From positions 1,364,001 to 1,428,000 of the forward strand of contig JANHCV010000001.1 in assembly GCA_025594325.1 (NCBI GenBank): 64,000 bases of DNA. Direction: 5' to 3'. Under the pieces are notes generated by a model, which was given only the letters and a program-made list of their open reading frames with translations, was not told the origin of the DNA and ran no database searches. The DNA is from Blastocladiella emersonii ATCC 22665. Lineage: Eukaryota > Fungi > Blastocladiomycota. A program made the translations under genes and the position numbers. Position 1 is the first letter of the stretch. Every line of letters starts with the position of its first letter. Shown here one piece after another: positions 10,898 through 22,454 of the stretch.

Positions 10898-12535
10898 AAC
10901 TGATGATCGACTCGGTGATGGAGGAGGGAGAGGAGCGATATCGAGGCAGCAGACGACGGCCAGAGAGGAGGGAGCTGCGACGATCCATCGCGTCGCCGCC
11001 CGCTGCACGTTGCCCGCCGCTCGCTGCCCGCTGCCCGCTGCCCGACCCGATCGCGGCGCGCCAAGCGACAGCAATGCGCCCGGCGCCAGCACCCGGCGCC
11101 TTGTGTCGGACGACTTGCCTGCGATGGAGAGCAGCGAGCAAGGCGGACGGCGAGGCGGGTCATGCCGGTGAGGCCGATCACACACTGCGGCGGGCAACGC
11201 GTGGGTGCAGGGTGCAGACGCGCCAGTCAAATCACGGCGCCTCGCAAGCCACGGGACGGATGAGCAGCGCCAGCGAACCGTGGAGCTGGCCGCCGTCCAC
11301 GGTCAGCACGTGTGACTGATCGTGACGCGGCCCCCGGCATGCGCGTGCGCGGGTCGCTGCCACCGACGCGGCAGGGCTCACGAGCGACGACGCGGAGGAG
11401 GGCACGGGGAGACGCGACAACGCGTACGCGTCGGGACGCGAGGTGGAGTGCAGGGAGAGGAGGGGAGCAATAGAAACAGACGAGGAAGCGCACCGAACGA
11501 GGCCGCGCGGAGCGGTAGCGCGATGGCGCGGTGACGCGATGGCGAGGGACGCGGGGCGGGGGGAGCGGCCGAGGATCGCCGCGAGTGAACGAGGCCGAGC
11601 AGCGATCACGCGGGCAATCGCCGCGCCGGGCCAGGTGGACGCGTTCGCGCCAGGTCCGAGTCGCGTTACGGTGCGCGCGCCAGATATAGCCGCGCAGCAA
11701 TCAGGCAGGGCCGGCGAGGGCGTGGACCGCGGCCGGGGGGAGCGCGATCGACGTGGCACGCGCGCGCGCACAGCGCAGTCGCCGTCGGGCACGCTCGCAC
11801 GACGCGTCGGCCACAAGGAACCCGCCGCGCGCCGTGGGCTGCTCGCCACGGGCTATGTCTGGTGGCCCCGCGGGGACACGCGTCCGAGACCGGGACGGCG
11901 AGGGGGAAGCGGACAAGGCCCGCGCGCACCGGCGTAACCGAGGCCAGGCGGGCGTGGGAGGAGGGAGACAAAGGAGCGGCGAAGGTGGGAGGCGCCCCAA
12001 CGCGTGCGTGCACCGCTGGCGGCGGCGGCGGGCGATGGTGGGAGTGCGGACGCGGCGCGGCGGCGGCGGCGGCGAGCGTGGCCCAGGACGGCGGGCGGGA
12101 CCGCTCGGTCGGGTGGGCCGCTCGGCAGATCCGCTGAGGTTCCCACCGCAGCGCAACGGCGGGGAGGGAGGGAGACGGCGCAACAAGGCGCCGTTGCGGG
12201 TGCGGGTGCGGGTGGGAGATCGGGGCGGTCGCGGTGCTGGCGGCCGGGCGCTCCGAGGTGGCGGAGGCTGTGGGTGTGCCGGGCTGGCGGAGGCGGTCGC
12301 GAGCGAGAAGGGCTCGGAGCGTTGAATGAGGACGAGAGCGCTCGCGGGCCGTCGATCGGGGGCGGCCGACTCGATTGCGCAGAGAGAGCACGGTCCAGCG
12401 GCGCGCGCGCCCGGCCACAATGCGGCTCATGGCGGGCGTGGCGGACGTCGGCGGGGGCCACACAAGAGTCCGGTCGCGGGCGAGCCGCCCGGCCCGCCCG
12501 CTGGGAGCCCAGCGAGAACAACGACTTGGCTCACT

Positions 12536-12560
12536 CGGCACGGCACGGCACGGCACGGCA
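12536..12560. repeat. (CGGCA)5 microsatellite
   Basis: Read directly from the sequence. Confidence 0.9.
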
Positions 12561-14249
12561 CGCGTGGGCCTCGCGCGGATTCCACCTGGGTCTGCTCGCT
12601 TCTCTTCTCTCCTTCTTGCTCACTCTCTCTCATCTATCGCTCACTCGTCGCCCACAACCTTGGCCAGCACCGGCGCCTCGGCCGTCGCCACAGTTCCCCA
12701 CGCGAGCGCAATCGAGCACCATAGCCGTCGCGCGGCGTCGCACCGGGCTCGCGGGACACGGCCGGTCGACGGCGTTGTTGGCCGAGAACAAGGCGGGACG
12801 GATCGGACCCTCGCCGCGGCCAGGCTCGCCGATGAAGATGAGAGCCGCACTGTTTTTAGCCAGCGCGAAGGGACGCCATCCGGGCCGCCGTGGTCGGTGC
12901 CGGTGGGTGGGTCAGTCGGCTTGGTCGGCAACGATCCTACACGGCCGCCGCCGTCTACCTTGGACCTTGATCCTGAGCTCAGCCATCGATCCGACAGCGC
13001 GTCCGCCGCGGCCACCCGCGAGGATCACGGCCGCATCACCGCGGCCGAGGGAGAAGCGAGAAGCGCGTCGCGGGTGACGACTCCCTGAAATAGCTTGCGG
13101 GCTGTGTGGCGCCGGCTGCGGCTCCATTGTCTGCGATGGCAACATCGTGCGCGCGCGCATACAGAGGGCAAGGCCGCGCGCGCGTGCGCGCTCTTCTTCC
13201 TTGTCCATCAGCCCGCCTTCCTCTTCCATGACGAACGATGGACTCGCGCCGCGAACGACGGACACAGCGTCTATTGCGTTGCCCGTGGGAGTCGGTCTGG
13301 GAGTAGGTCGGCGTGCTCCACCGACCCTGACCCCGACCCACGCCGCCGTCCTCCAGGCCGTCTTCCAGGCCGTCCTCCGCCCTGCTTCTCTGTTTCGAAC
13401 GCGTCGGCCCGGTGCCAGCATGTGTCGCGCCGGTAGCAGCGTGACACGACCTGAAACCCGTTTGCGCGGGTCGGCGGACCCGTGGCGCATCGATCGTGAG
13501 CGCCGCCACCGCGTGTGCGTCGCGTCGCGCCACGCGGCGCCGCCGTCCACCGCGTCGGGCTTCTTCCGTCCGCGCTGCTCAACCTTTCTGCAGCGGAGCG
13601 CGCCTCCCAAACACGTTTTCTCAACGTTGCCACGCCCGGTCCCGAGAGTTTGCCGTTGCGCGCGAAATGAGGTGGCCCCCGCGTGATCGTCCCATTGTTC
13701 TCTCGTCGCCGCGCGCGCGCGTCATCGGCCCGGCAATGTGGGCCATGTGAATGCGCCAAGTCGCTGCTGGACACTTCTCCGCCCAACTACGCCAGCGTCG
13801 CCGCAGCCGACCTGACCGTGTCACTGTCCGCGAACCGCGCGTGTCCGCAGCAGAGGCGCAGTCGATCAGAGGCGATCACGCCGCTCCGATCGCGTCGCGG
13901 CGTCCGCCACCTCGCCGCTGCCGCGATGCGCTCTGCGGTACACGGCCGCGGTCGGGCGACCTCCGGGGATGGGGGCGGCGAGGGCGCCGAGTCGATGGTC
14001 GAAATGTGAGCGCATCGCGGCCTTCCAGCGACCAGCGACCGCGTTCTGCGCGTGGCTTCCGCGGAAGCAAATGTTCGCATCTAGCATCTAGCCGCGTGCA
14101 AACGAACGGATTCGACCCACCGCACGGTCCTCGCCAGGGGAGCTGTCCTCGCTGTCCGCCGTCGACCCGCGTGAAAACGATGTGCTTGTACAAAAAGCTC
14201 GTGTATCCGTCTACCGGTCCATGCAATCTGTCCTACTCTTCGGCTCCTC

Positions 14250-17200
14250 CTACTGCTGCTCCTCGTCGTTGTTCGAGTACAGGTCAATGACGTCCGGCCA
14301 CGCCTTGGCCTCGCGCGTCTCCCAGTACCCGCCCTTGTACACCCACTCGTCGTCGCCCGAGTTGGCGGTGGCGGGCTCGAACCACTGCGGCGTCCACGTC
14401 TTGCCGTCGGCGTCGAGGGCGCGGCGGAACGCGCGCTGCTTCTCCTCGAGCCGCACCTTCTCGGCCTCGGCCTCGGGGAGCAGGCCGCGCTCGAAGAGCA
14501 CCTGGTCGGGCCGGAACCGCGTGTCGGTGGGCGGGAGGTAGTCGGCAATGTCGGGGGTGATCTCGTTGAGCTCGATGGTGAACTGCGTGAACCCGTACAT
14601 TTCCTGGCAGTTGGGCAGCGGGTCGTTGGCGCGCCACAGCACCTGCGTCGCCGCCGGGTCGTCGGCCGGCGTCACCATGCACAGCTCGCTCCACCGGCCG
14701 CGGAACACGCCGGCCTTGCTGCCGCGCGCCGTGTACGCGACGCCGACCACCTCGTTGGCCGTCGACGGCCCGCCGCCGAGCCACCCGCCGCCGCCGTTCT
14801 CCTTGAACGTGATCTCGGCCCGCTCGCCCGTCGCGTGGTTCTTGACCACCATCTTGCCGTAGTGGTCGAGCGACTTGGGCCCGCCAATCAGGTTGCGCAT
14901 GCACGTCGTCACCTTGGCCCACGAAAAATGGTCGCCCGTGCCGGGCAGCCGCACGTGCAGCGTGCCCGACGGGATCAGCTCCATGGACTTGCCCCAGAAC
15001 TTGGACTTGAGCCGAGAGTCCTGGTGGAACACCCACGCGCCCGAGGTCGCCTCGGCGTGGCACGCCATGATCGGTGGGTAGTGGCTCACCTTCTCGGCGA
15101 CGAACCGGAACCCCTTGTCGGGCCGCACGCACTCGTACGTCTCGCCGTGCAGCGGGTTGAACGGCTTGCGCGACGACCGGTTCGCCGACGACGCGTACGA
15201 CGACACGGCGAACGCCGCCACCAGGTACAGCCGCTGCATCGAGTCCGTCGACACGGCCGCGCGGTCCAGCAGCTCAGAGTACTCGAGGTCCTCGGCCAGC
15301 TTCTGCAGCAGGTTGATGGGCTCGTTGAGCGAGATGGGCATCGACACGGTGCTGAGGTCCTTGCCCACGTTCTTGCGCAGCAGGCCCAGCAGCGACACGT
15401 CGTCGCCGACCACGGGCGACGGCAGGAACCGGCGCCGCTCCACCACCGCCAGCGCTGTCGAGTAACCCGCCGACGTCGACCCCGCCGACGACGCGGTCCC
15501 GCGCCGCGGCCGCTGCGCGGTCCCCGCGCCGTTGCCGTTGTTGCCGTTGGCGCCGTTCTTGCCCATGAACACCGAGTACCCCGACTCGTCGTCATCGTCG
15601 TCGTCGCCCGAATCGTCGTCGTCATCATCATCGTCATCCTCCTCGTCGCCCGCCTCAAACTCGCCCATGGACACGCCATTGTTGCCCGCGCGCTTCTCGT
15701 AGATGACCATCTCAGGGGCCTGCGCGCCGCCGCCCGCCGCGACCGCCGCCGACGCGGCCGCCATCGCCGCTACGGCGGCCGCCGTCGACGACCCGGCGAG
15801 CTCGTCGTCGCTATCGTGCCCGCCGCCCGCGGACAGGACGACGTCCTCGGCGTCGAACCACTGGTCCGAGACGGTCGACGCGATCGACCCGGCGCGCGCG
15901 TGGACCGCGGCAAACTGCGGTGAGCTCGCGCCACCAACATTCGACGACGTCGCGAGCGGCAGCGTCATGCTGTGGCGGTGGAACGACCCGGTGTTCCGCT
16001 GCCCCGTGTTCCCAAGGGCCGGGGACGCGGCGAGCGCCGAGGCCGCGAGCGATGCGACCGACGCGCTCGGCATGGCGTCGGCGCCGAACCGCGCGCGCAG
16101 CTCGGCGTTCTCGCGCGCGAGGTCCGTCGCGGCGGAACCGAGCGTCCGCGCGCGCGCCGCGTCTGCGGCTACCTGGTCGAGCAGCTCCTCCTTCTCGGCG
16201 GCCAGTGTGTGCGCGAGCGCGCGGACTGCGTCGAGGACCGCGTCGTCGATCGGGCCCGCGGCTGACCCGACGGCGAGGTGCAGGCGCGAGACGTGCGCGT
16301 CGACCGAGGTCACGAACTGGCGCATCAGGTCGTGCACCGAGGTCGCGGTCGAGGCCGGGGCGCCGGCGCCCGTGGCCGCGATGACGGCGGCGGCCGCAGC
16401 GGCCGAGGACGAGGTGGCGGCGACTGACGGCAGGGTGACGGTGGATGCCGAGGGCGGGGACGCCGTCAGGTGCTGCTGGTGGTGGTGCGGGAGGGTGCCG
16501 GGAGCGAGGACCGTCGAGGGAGCCGCGGCAATCGAGGTTACAGCGGCGCTAGAGCTGCTACCCATGCTGGTATCCATAGCGGACGCGGGCCCGACAGCGC
16601 CGCCGGTATTGTCCATGGAGATGTTGCGGGAGAGCGAGGCGGCGCGGAAGACCTCGGCCTGGACGGCCTTGTAGCGCTTGATGACGTCGACCCACATGTC
16701 GTAGTCTGCGCGGGTGAGGGCGCGGAGGTGCCAGAGCGAGGTGCCCGAGTCGATGTTGATGATGCGGTGCTCGACGTCGACCGAGATGGTGGAGAGGGCG
16801 ATCGGGACGGACCCGCGGCAGAAGCCGCCGGGGAACTTGTAGTAGGCAAGCTGGCCGCGGTCGCACTGGAAGTAGCGCTTGGCCCAGCCCTGCATGCGCT
16901 TGCGCTTCTTCTTGAGCAGCCAGCCCGTCAGCTCGGCCTGCCGCTCCTCCTCCTTGGCCTCGCCGTCGCGCATCGCGACGAAGAAGGTCATTTTCTTGGA
17001 CGTGTTGCGCGAGAAGGTGTTGTCTGTTCACGATTTTGGAGGGTTAGGCGCGGTTTCGGTACACAGTATGAGTGAGGAAACGTACCAAAGTAGAGGACGT
17101 AGGTGCCGTCGCGCGTGACCGACTTCTGGCCCTTGATGGTGGTCTTGGACGACTCGAAGCGCGAGATCGGGACCACGGGCTCGAGCAGCGGCTCGCGGAC

Positions 17201-17700
17201 CGCCGTGGTGCTGGCCGAGCTCTTGGTGCGGTTGCGCTTGCCGCCGGCGGCGGCCGACGTGGCGCCCGCGCCGCTGTCGCTGCACGGCGCATCGCTCTCG
17301 GTCCCGCCGATCGTGGTGGCCTCCGACAGGTCGCCGTTGCCCGCACCTGCTGCCGCGGAGGAGGACGACGACGCGCCGTTGTTATTGGACGACGACGAGA
17401 AGCTCGGCAGCAGGTTGCGGCGCTTGGTCGCGGGCGACGTCACGCTCGCGGCCGCGTCCGACGCGGTGCGCCCGTGGTGGCCGTTGTCTGTTCAATCGGG
17501 CTTGGTTAGCCGACTGTCGCCACGACCGCTCTGGGCGCGAGAAGCAACGTACGCGCAGCATGCTCGTCAATCTGGTAGAACAGGCCAAAGCCAATGTTCT
17601 TGCGCTTGGTGGAAAAGTTCCACATGATGGTCTTGGGCGTGCCCGAGACCTGCACATAGTACTTGAAGCAGTCCCGCGGGGGGATCTCGATCTCCTGCAT
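14250..17700 (-). CDS. OSH3: Oxysterol-binding protein Osh3-like (GOLD, PH and ORD domains)
   Basis: The GOLD domain is split over three exons (MQEIEIPPRD..NIGFGLF..YVLYF/DNTFSRNTSKK). PH domain GWLLKKKRKRMQGWAKRYF; ORD motifs KPFNPLHGETYE and EKVSHYPP. Confidence 0.9.
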
Positions 17701-18158
17701 GGTGGCGAGGTGGTGCGTGCGCGGCGAGGCGCAGTGTCGATGCGTAGTGTGGGTCTATGTGTGTGTGTCGGTCGATGCTGGCAGGCCGCGGCGGTTGATT
17801 GATTACGTTGCAAGAGCGGGTTGAGGGGAGGACGGAGCGGAAGCGAGGCGGGATGGCGAAAGCGGGCGTCAGTCGGCGAAGCGGCGACGGCGAACGCACG
17901 CGCCGGGGACACGTGGCCGCGCGCCACCCAGACTGAAACGGCTTGGCAACGCGGCACGTGCGCCCCGGACGCGTCGCGCGTTCGTCCCTTTGCTCGTTCG
18001 CCCGCGGCCGCGAGGTCGGGGTCGGAGGTGGCCAGCCAAGAGCAATGTATGATAATGGGGACAGGAGGAAGCGCGCGGGGGGTAGCGAACGGGAACGCAA
18101 GCAAATGGAACAACGGCAAATGGGAACGAGAAAGCAAAAGTCAATGACGACGACGTCG

Positions 18159-20308
18159 TCAAACGCCGTACCCGGCCTCCCCACCGCGGTCGCCGCGATC
18201 ACGGCCCACGACAGCAGCAGGCACGGGCTGCGACGGCATCGACACGAGGTCGGTCCCGGAATCGCCGCGCTTGCTGAGCGGTGGTGGCGGCGGGCGCAGC
18301 GACGCGCCCGACGCCGCGCGCCGCACCGAGACCGACGCGGACCGCGCTGCCACGTCCGCGGGCATCGACGGGAACCCCGTCTGCTGCGTGTGCGCGCCGG
18401 TCCGCGCCCGCGCCAGCGACGCCGTGTGGCTCGCGTACGCGTCGGCCGAGTACGCTGGGCCGGTGCCGGTGCCGTTGCTGCTGCACTGCCGCGCGTGCGA
18501 CGCTGGAGACAGCGGGCGCTTCCGGTTCGCCGACTCGGCGCCGGCCGCGTGCGGGTGCGCGTGCGTGTGGGCGTGATGCGGCTCGGGCATGCTCGACGAG
18601 TACGGGTACCGCGCACCCGGCGCCTGCTGGTACTGCTGCTGCGGCGCACCGGGCTGTTGGGGCGGCGGCGGCATCGATTGGTACGCCATGGGCGGCGGCG
18701 GTGGTGGCGGGAGATGCATCGAGTTCTGCACCGCGTGGTGGTGCCCCGCCGCCGCGGCCTGCTGCTGCTGCTGCTGCTGGCGGAGCGACGGGTGGTACAT
18801 GGGGTGCTTGGACGACGCCGACGACGCGGGCGCCACCGCGGCGGGCGCGCTGCCGGGGTACCCGTACCACCGCTGGTCGCGCGGCGGGAGCGGGCCGCCG
18901 ACCGAGGACGACGGCACGGGCCCCGTCGCCGCGCTCGCCGCGTAGCCGTACGGGTACGCCGGAGGCCCGCTGCTCCGCGACGCGTAGTAGTTGGCCGTCG
19001 ACGCGGCCGCGGCCGCCGCGACGTTCGTCGCCGGGTGCGCGTGCTGCTGGCCGTGGTACACGGGCGCGCCCGCGGCGGGCGGCGCCGACGCCGAGTACGC
19101 GGCCCCGGTCGACGCGCTGCGCTGCAGCTGCGCGTACGCGTGCTGCTGCTGATACTGTGGCGCGGGCGGCGGCGGCGGCTGGTAGTATTGCGACGCAACG
19201 GGCGCGCGCGGGTGCGTCGCCGGAGCCGGGGCCGGGGCCGGCGCGTGCGCCGACGAGTCGGAGCTAGGCGGCGACGCCGACCGCGTCTGGCGAGCCGGCT
19301 CGGCGGGCTGCGACGGCGGCACCGCGAGCACGGGCGCGGACCGGCGCTGGTTGGCGTCGGCGAGCGCGGCGGCGTGCCGGGCGGCGGACCTGGACGGGCG
19401 CCGCTGCAGCGACCGGGCGGCGTCGTGGTGCGCGCTGTCCTCCTCGGCGGCGACGGCGCCGGCGCTTTCGAGGCCGGTCGCCGGCTGGGCCGTCTGCGGG
19501 AGCTGCTGCTGCTGCGGCGCCGGGTGGGCAAGCGTGACGCGGCCCGTCTCGTCGACCTGGTCGGGGCGCGGCGGGACGTACGTGTCCTCGTTGCGGAACG
19601 ACTGGTTGAGCTCGGCCTGGAGGCTGGGCTGCGGTCCGGGGTTCCCGGCGCCGGACGCCGGGTACGAATTGATGAGGGTGGTGATCTGGCCGTCGAGTCT
19701 GGCGAGGTGGGCGTGCCACATGGCGCGCGGGATGACGAGGTCGAAGTGCAGGTACTCGAGGAACTCCCACTCCATGCGGTTGATCTCGGCGAGCGTGAAG
19801 AGCCCCTGCGAGACGTGGACCCAGGTGCGGTTCGAGTACGTGTCGTCGTACAGCACCTTGCATGCGAGCATGATGCCCGCCAGCATGACGCGGTGCGGCG
19901 TCACGGCGGTCCCGACGCAGTTCGGGTTGCGGTCGCGCAGACGCTGCACGAGCAGCAGGCCCGTCACCATGGCGTTGAGCGGCGTGCGCGTCCGCTGCAC
20001 CGCGTTGAAGATGAAGTCGCGGAACGCCGGGATCACGGGTTGCGCGGGTGCCGCCGGTGCGGGGGCGGGTGGCGCGGCGCCGTCGCCGTCCTCGGCCGCT
20101 GGCTGCTGCTGCGGCTGGTCCGCCAGTGGTGGGCAGTTGAAGTACTGGCAGATGAGAACATGGCTGAGGTCTGGACAGGGACGCGGGTGAGCTGACGATG
20201 TCGTCGATGATCAGCGCGGTGCGAGAGCGTACCAATGACGAGCGGGCGCAGCCGCTTGAGGTTGCCGTCCATCTCCTTGGCCCACTGGTCGTCGTTGACA
20301 ATGTACAT
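18159..20308 (-). CDS. Pho85-type (Pcl/Clg1-like) cyclin with a long low-complexity tail
   Basis: Cyclin box FIFNAVQRTRTP..HRVMLAGIMLACKVLYDDTYSNRTW..EINRMEWEFLEYL. ATG at 20308 and a 41-nt intron at 20192-20232 join the exons in frame. Confidence 0.8.
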
Positions 20309-22454
20309 GGTGGCGGTGGCGGCGGCGTCACGCGAGCAGGAGGGATGGGAGACAGGGCAAGGGGTCGTCGGTGGGGCGAGAGGCGAGGCGTAATGGCGGT
20401 CCGCAGCGGGATCGGTCATCCAAGAGGGGAGAAACGAGCAAGGGGAGGGAGGGAATGGGTTGGCGGGGGAATGCTGCTGCTGCTGCTGGTCGTCGAGAGT
20501 GGGTATAGTGGCGGCGGTGGCGACGCGCGTCGTCGTCGGTCGATCGCGTCGCACGCGGAGCAGACAAGAGTCTAGGGTTGAATAGTGGGACTAGACGCGC
20601 AGAGTGGTGGCGCGTCTATACGGTTTCGAGTGCGGTTCAGTGAGTGGAGAGGAGATCCAGTGCGGTAAGCGAGGGAGCGGTGAGAGAGGGAGTGCGAGGG
20701 CAAGGCTTTGACCGCGGCGCGGGCGGGCGGGGCGCGTGGGCGGTGGTGGGGCGGCGACGCGTCGCGCCACACGGGCGGGTGGCACAGCAGCAGCTCGACG
20801 ACGTACGGCAAGGGACGAGGAGGGCAGTCAAAAAGCGACCGCCGGCGGAACGAGAGTGCGGTGGCGCGCGCGAGAATAGAATCTAACTGAGTGGAACAGT
20901 GGTTGCCGGGCCGCAAGCGCGTCAGTGAGGACGGGTCCCGAATGCAGATGACGAGAGCGGAAGGGAGGCACCCCGGCGATGGCCACGGCGCGCGACACGC
21001 CGCGCCACGCCGCCCCGTGCAGCACAGCGTCGACCACGGGTGGGCGGTGATTGGTCGGCGCCGCCGAGGGGGGAGACGCGTAGCGCGCGGCGCGACGCGA
21101 CGTGTGACGTCGCCGGGGCGTGGACAAGAGTGGACGGGGCGGGCTTACCTCGATGGTCGATGGCGTCGGCAGCGGACAATGGAGACGGCCGGCGTGCAGA
21201 TCGCGATGTGCAGGCGCGAACGGTGATCGGGGGGAAGCACGGGCGGGTATATGCCGGTCGAGGCGTCCTGGGTGTGCGTGAAGAGCAGTTGCCACGGCAA
21301 TGGACGGCGGCGCGCGGGAAGGAGAGAGGGAGCGCGAGCGAGCGGCGGCAGCGGGCAGGGACGGGGGCCGGCCGCGGGGTCGATGCGGGTATGCGGTCGA
21401 GAGGGAGGCGAGCGTCGACAGCGGCAGATGGCAGTGCCGCGCGGTTGGAGACGGCGGCGGTGCACACGGGACGCGTGTCGGTTGTTCGACGGTGACGAGG
21501 TGTGAGTGCCAGGTCGGACGGAAGTCGGCGGGGCGGCGCGGGCAAGGGGGTTCGAGGGCGGCGCGGCGCGGCGCGGCGCGAAAGAGGCGGGCGAGCGCGC
21601 GCGCGGTGCGAGACACGCGTGGGGGGAGCTCACGAGACGCGGCGGGCGAGCCCGATCGCGGGTGCTCTCTGGGCGGCGGGTCCTCGCGGCGGGTCCTCGC
21701 GCGCGAGGCAAGCGGGGAGCGGGGCGCGGGAGGAGACGGGCGGGGCCGAGGCGGCGCGGTCGCCGGAACAAGGCGAGCGCACGGGAGATCGAGGGGCCTG
21801 GAGGGGGACGCTGGCCGGCCAGCCATGGGGGTCAGCGCCCATGCACGGTGATGCGGCACCGAGGCACTGTGCGTCATGCCTCGCGGCGGATCTGCGTACC
21901 ACTCACTCGAGGTCAAGGTCGAAAGCGGAAGGTCCACGATACCGTCGCTGATACCGCAGGTGTCAAGGAGGCCGGCGCGCTATCGTGCGTGACTTGCGAG
22001 TATCCCAGCAGCACAGGGGGACCAGCGGGATGTCGATCGCCGTGTGCGTGTGCGCGTGTGTGTGTGCGGCGCGAGGCTCTGCTTGTTCATTGCGGGAACA
22101 AGATTGGGCGTTGGGAGGCGAGGGGCGGGAGGCGCGGCCGACGCGTGAGAAGAGAAGCGAGAAATTGGGCCCGTGCAAACACGCCGGGAGAGGACAGGGA
22201 GAGCCGCGGCCGCTGTGGGAGGCAGCCCGTCACCGACGCGTCTTCTCACGTGGCGCGCCTGCCCCGCCGTGAACGCGTCGTGTTTCAGAGCGCGCGCGCA
22301 ACCGTCTCCCCCTCCGCGCGCCTGCCCTCGCCTATTGCGATCGCACGCCGATCGTCTCCTCGTCCTCAGTGAGCGACAGCTGGTCGTGGGATACTCTGTC
22401 TCGTTGTTTGTACAAGTGGACTCATCGTGCGTCACAATCCATCATCCATCACCC

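Noticed and set aside
12832-13077. Small plus-strand ORF (MKMRAALFLASAK..) after a CT-rich tract
   Set aside because: It shows no clear codon bias or motif and cannot be supported without expression data.
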